Shown in pieces: positions 62,889 to 64,000 of a DNA stretch of 64,000 nucleotides. Source of the DNA: Psammoneis japonica. Taxonomy: Eukaryota. The stretch is taken from the NCBI GenBank assembly GCA_008632985.1, contig QPGO01000064.1, positions 124,001-188,000 on the forward strand, in the 5' to 3' direction. A model generated the notes under the pieces. The model worked only from the letters and a program-made list of their open reading frames with translations. It was not told the DNA's origin and did not search any database. Made by a program: the position numbers and the translations under genes. Position 1 is the first letter of the stretch. Each line of letters starts with the position of its first letter.

Positions 62889-63974
62889 CTACAGATCCAC
62901 AACGTGGCAAAATGGACCCATATCAGAAACCATTTCTAGTGCTTGTCTGCGGGCAGTCGTGAGATGAGCGAGATCAGCAAAGAATGCATGGCATATGGTA
63001 TGAGTCACACACGCTCGTTTACAAAACCTACAGATTGCCAAAGCTACCGGAAACCACGTGAATAAAAGTATCGTCCAACAAGGAAGACAACGTCGGCTGC
63101 GACTCGTCTTTTCCTTGTTGCTTTGGTTTGTCTGGAGAAGAGCCTTGTGTTTTGACGTACTTGTCATGGCGTTTCACCTGAGCTTCGTATTGCTTTGTGA
63201 GCTTCTTCCTGGCTGACTTGGTGAGGGGTTCTTATCCTTGGTCAATGGAATGCCTCTTTCATCCCATGAATCGTATCCTTCCAGAAACATTTCACTAGGA
63301 GGAACGCTGGCATCTATCGTTGCAGTGTTCTTCTTTGGAGACAACAGAGCATAGACAATGTTTGGGAGGGCCTCGTCGCGACACATACATTGATGTTGAA
63401 TGACTTCAGCTTGTGTGTACTTAACGAATTCTTCATAAAACTCCCTACCACGCTGCTTTTCAATCTGACCATGGTACTGAATTGACTTTCCCGTATTCTT
63501 GACCTTGGAGATTAGGTTTGCTTGCGGAACTATAACTACAGTTACGGATGAGACGTTGCTTCTGTCGTCATCACTTTGTTTGGAAGCAAGTTCGAGTACG
63601 CTTTTTGTATCTTCCCCATCACCCCACGCCCCTCTCGCTAACACTGGCAAGTTCAGAATCGTTTTTGCCGCTTGCTGCACCCGCTGCACTGTTGCCGTCG
63701 CGCTAAAGGACACGTAAACCAAAAGCCCGACATGATTGCTGTTTTTGTCGCCAACCTGAAGTGTGTTTTGATCTACCGAAAGAGACGCTTGACGAAACCG
63801 CTGCACAACAAGACGAATCTGCGGCGCTGCTCGTTCAGTGGTGGAAGCCGAGGGATCTTTGTTTGAGGGCTCATCCATCATTGTCAAACACGATTGTTGC
63901 GGTGCGGCGCCGCAGGCACTCGCAGCGCGCAGCGGCTCATCACCCGCGGTCCGTGCCGTCCAAAAAATGGGCAT
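62889..63974 (-). CDS. DTD2: D-aminoacyl-tRNA deacylase, DTD2/ATD-like, with internal insertion
   Basis: IRLVVQRFRQASL, GLLVYVSF, IVPQANL, QYHG. After a frameshift near 63230 and an intron (about 63032-62947) it reads GSFGNLQALEMVSDMGPFCHVVDL-stop. Start codon uncertain. Confidence 0.75.
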
Positions 63975-64000
63975 TGCGCTCGTTGTGATGTTTTCGTTGA

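Noticed and set aside
21246..63974. Frameshifts in LHC, RbgA, SDR, LysM, LRR, kinase and DTD genes as pseudogenisation or programmed frameshifting
   Set aside because: They are single-base indels, often in homopolymers, in otherwise conserved genes. Sequencing or assembly error is the simplest explanation; read data are needed to confirm.

Overview
Eukaryotic nuclear DNA, almost certainly a diatom, judged from the fucoxanthin-chlorophyll protein with an ASAFAP-type plastid signal, short GT-AG introns and diatom-type gene families. Intact-looking genes include a P2X receptor, a thioredoxin-domain protein, an alpha/beta hydrolase, an LHC, SERP1, a DUF4126-like protein, an ATP-grasp ligase, proline iminopeptidase, Rab8, an LRR protein, RbgA, a ubiquitin-RING protein, a LysM protein, an SDR, a triple-domain CaMK-like kinase and a DTD2/ATD-like deacylase. 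These genes alternate with five domains (about 1.8-8.6, 11.2-14.5, 16.1-21.2, 22.7-25.7 and 42.9-51.4 kb) in which the dinucleotide TpA is strongly depleted or almost absent. The main finding is a directional, domain-restricted hypermutation TpA->TpG/CpA (A:T->G:C), the exact reverse of fungal RIP. A full-length Ty3/gypsy element shows it directly: about 21 TpA sites of the 5' LTR are CpA/TpG in the 3' LTR, and conserved Tyr residues are converted to His/Cys (YLDD->HLDD). It also affects a DNA transposase and apparent host genes (GPCR, M64 peptidase, Exo1-like). Older cores have additionally lost CpG. All counts are by eye and no database searches were run. Many intact genes carry single-base frameshifts, probably assembly errors.
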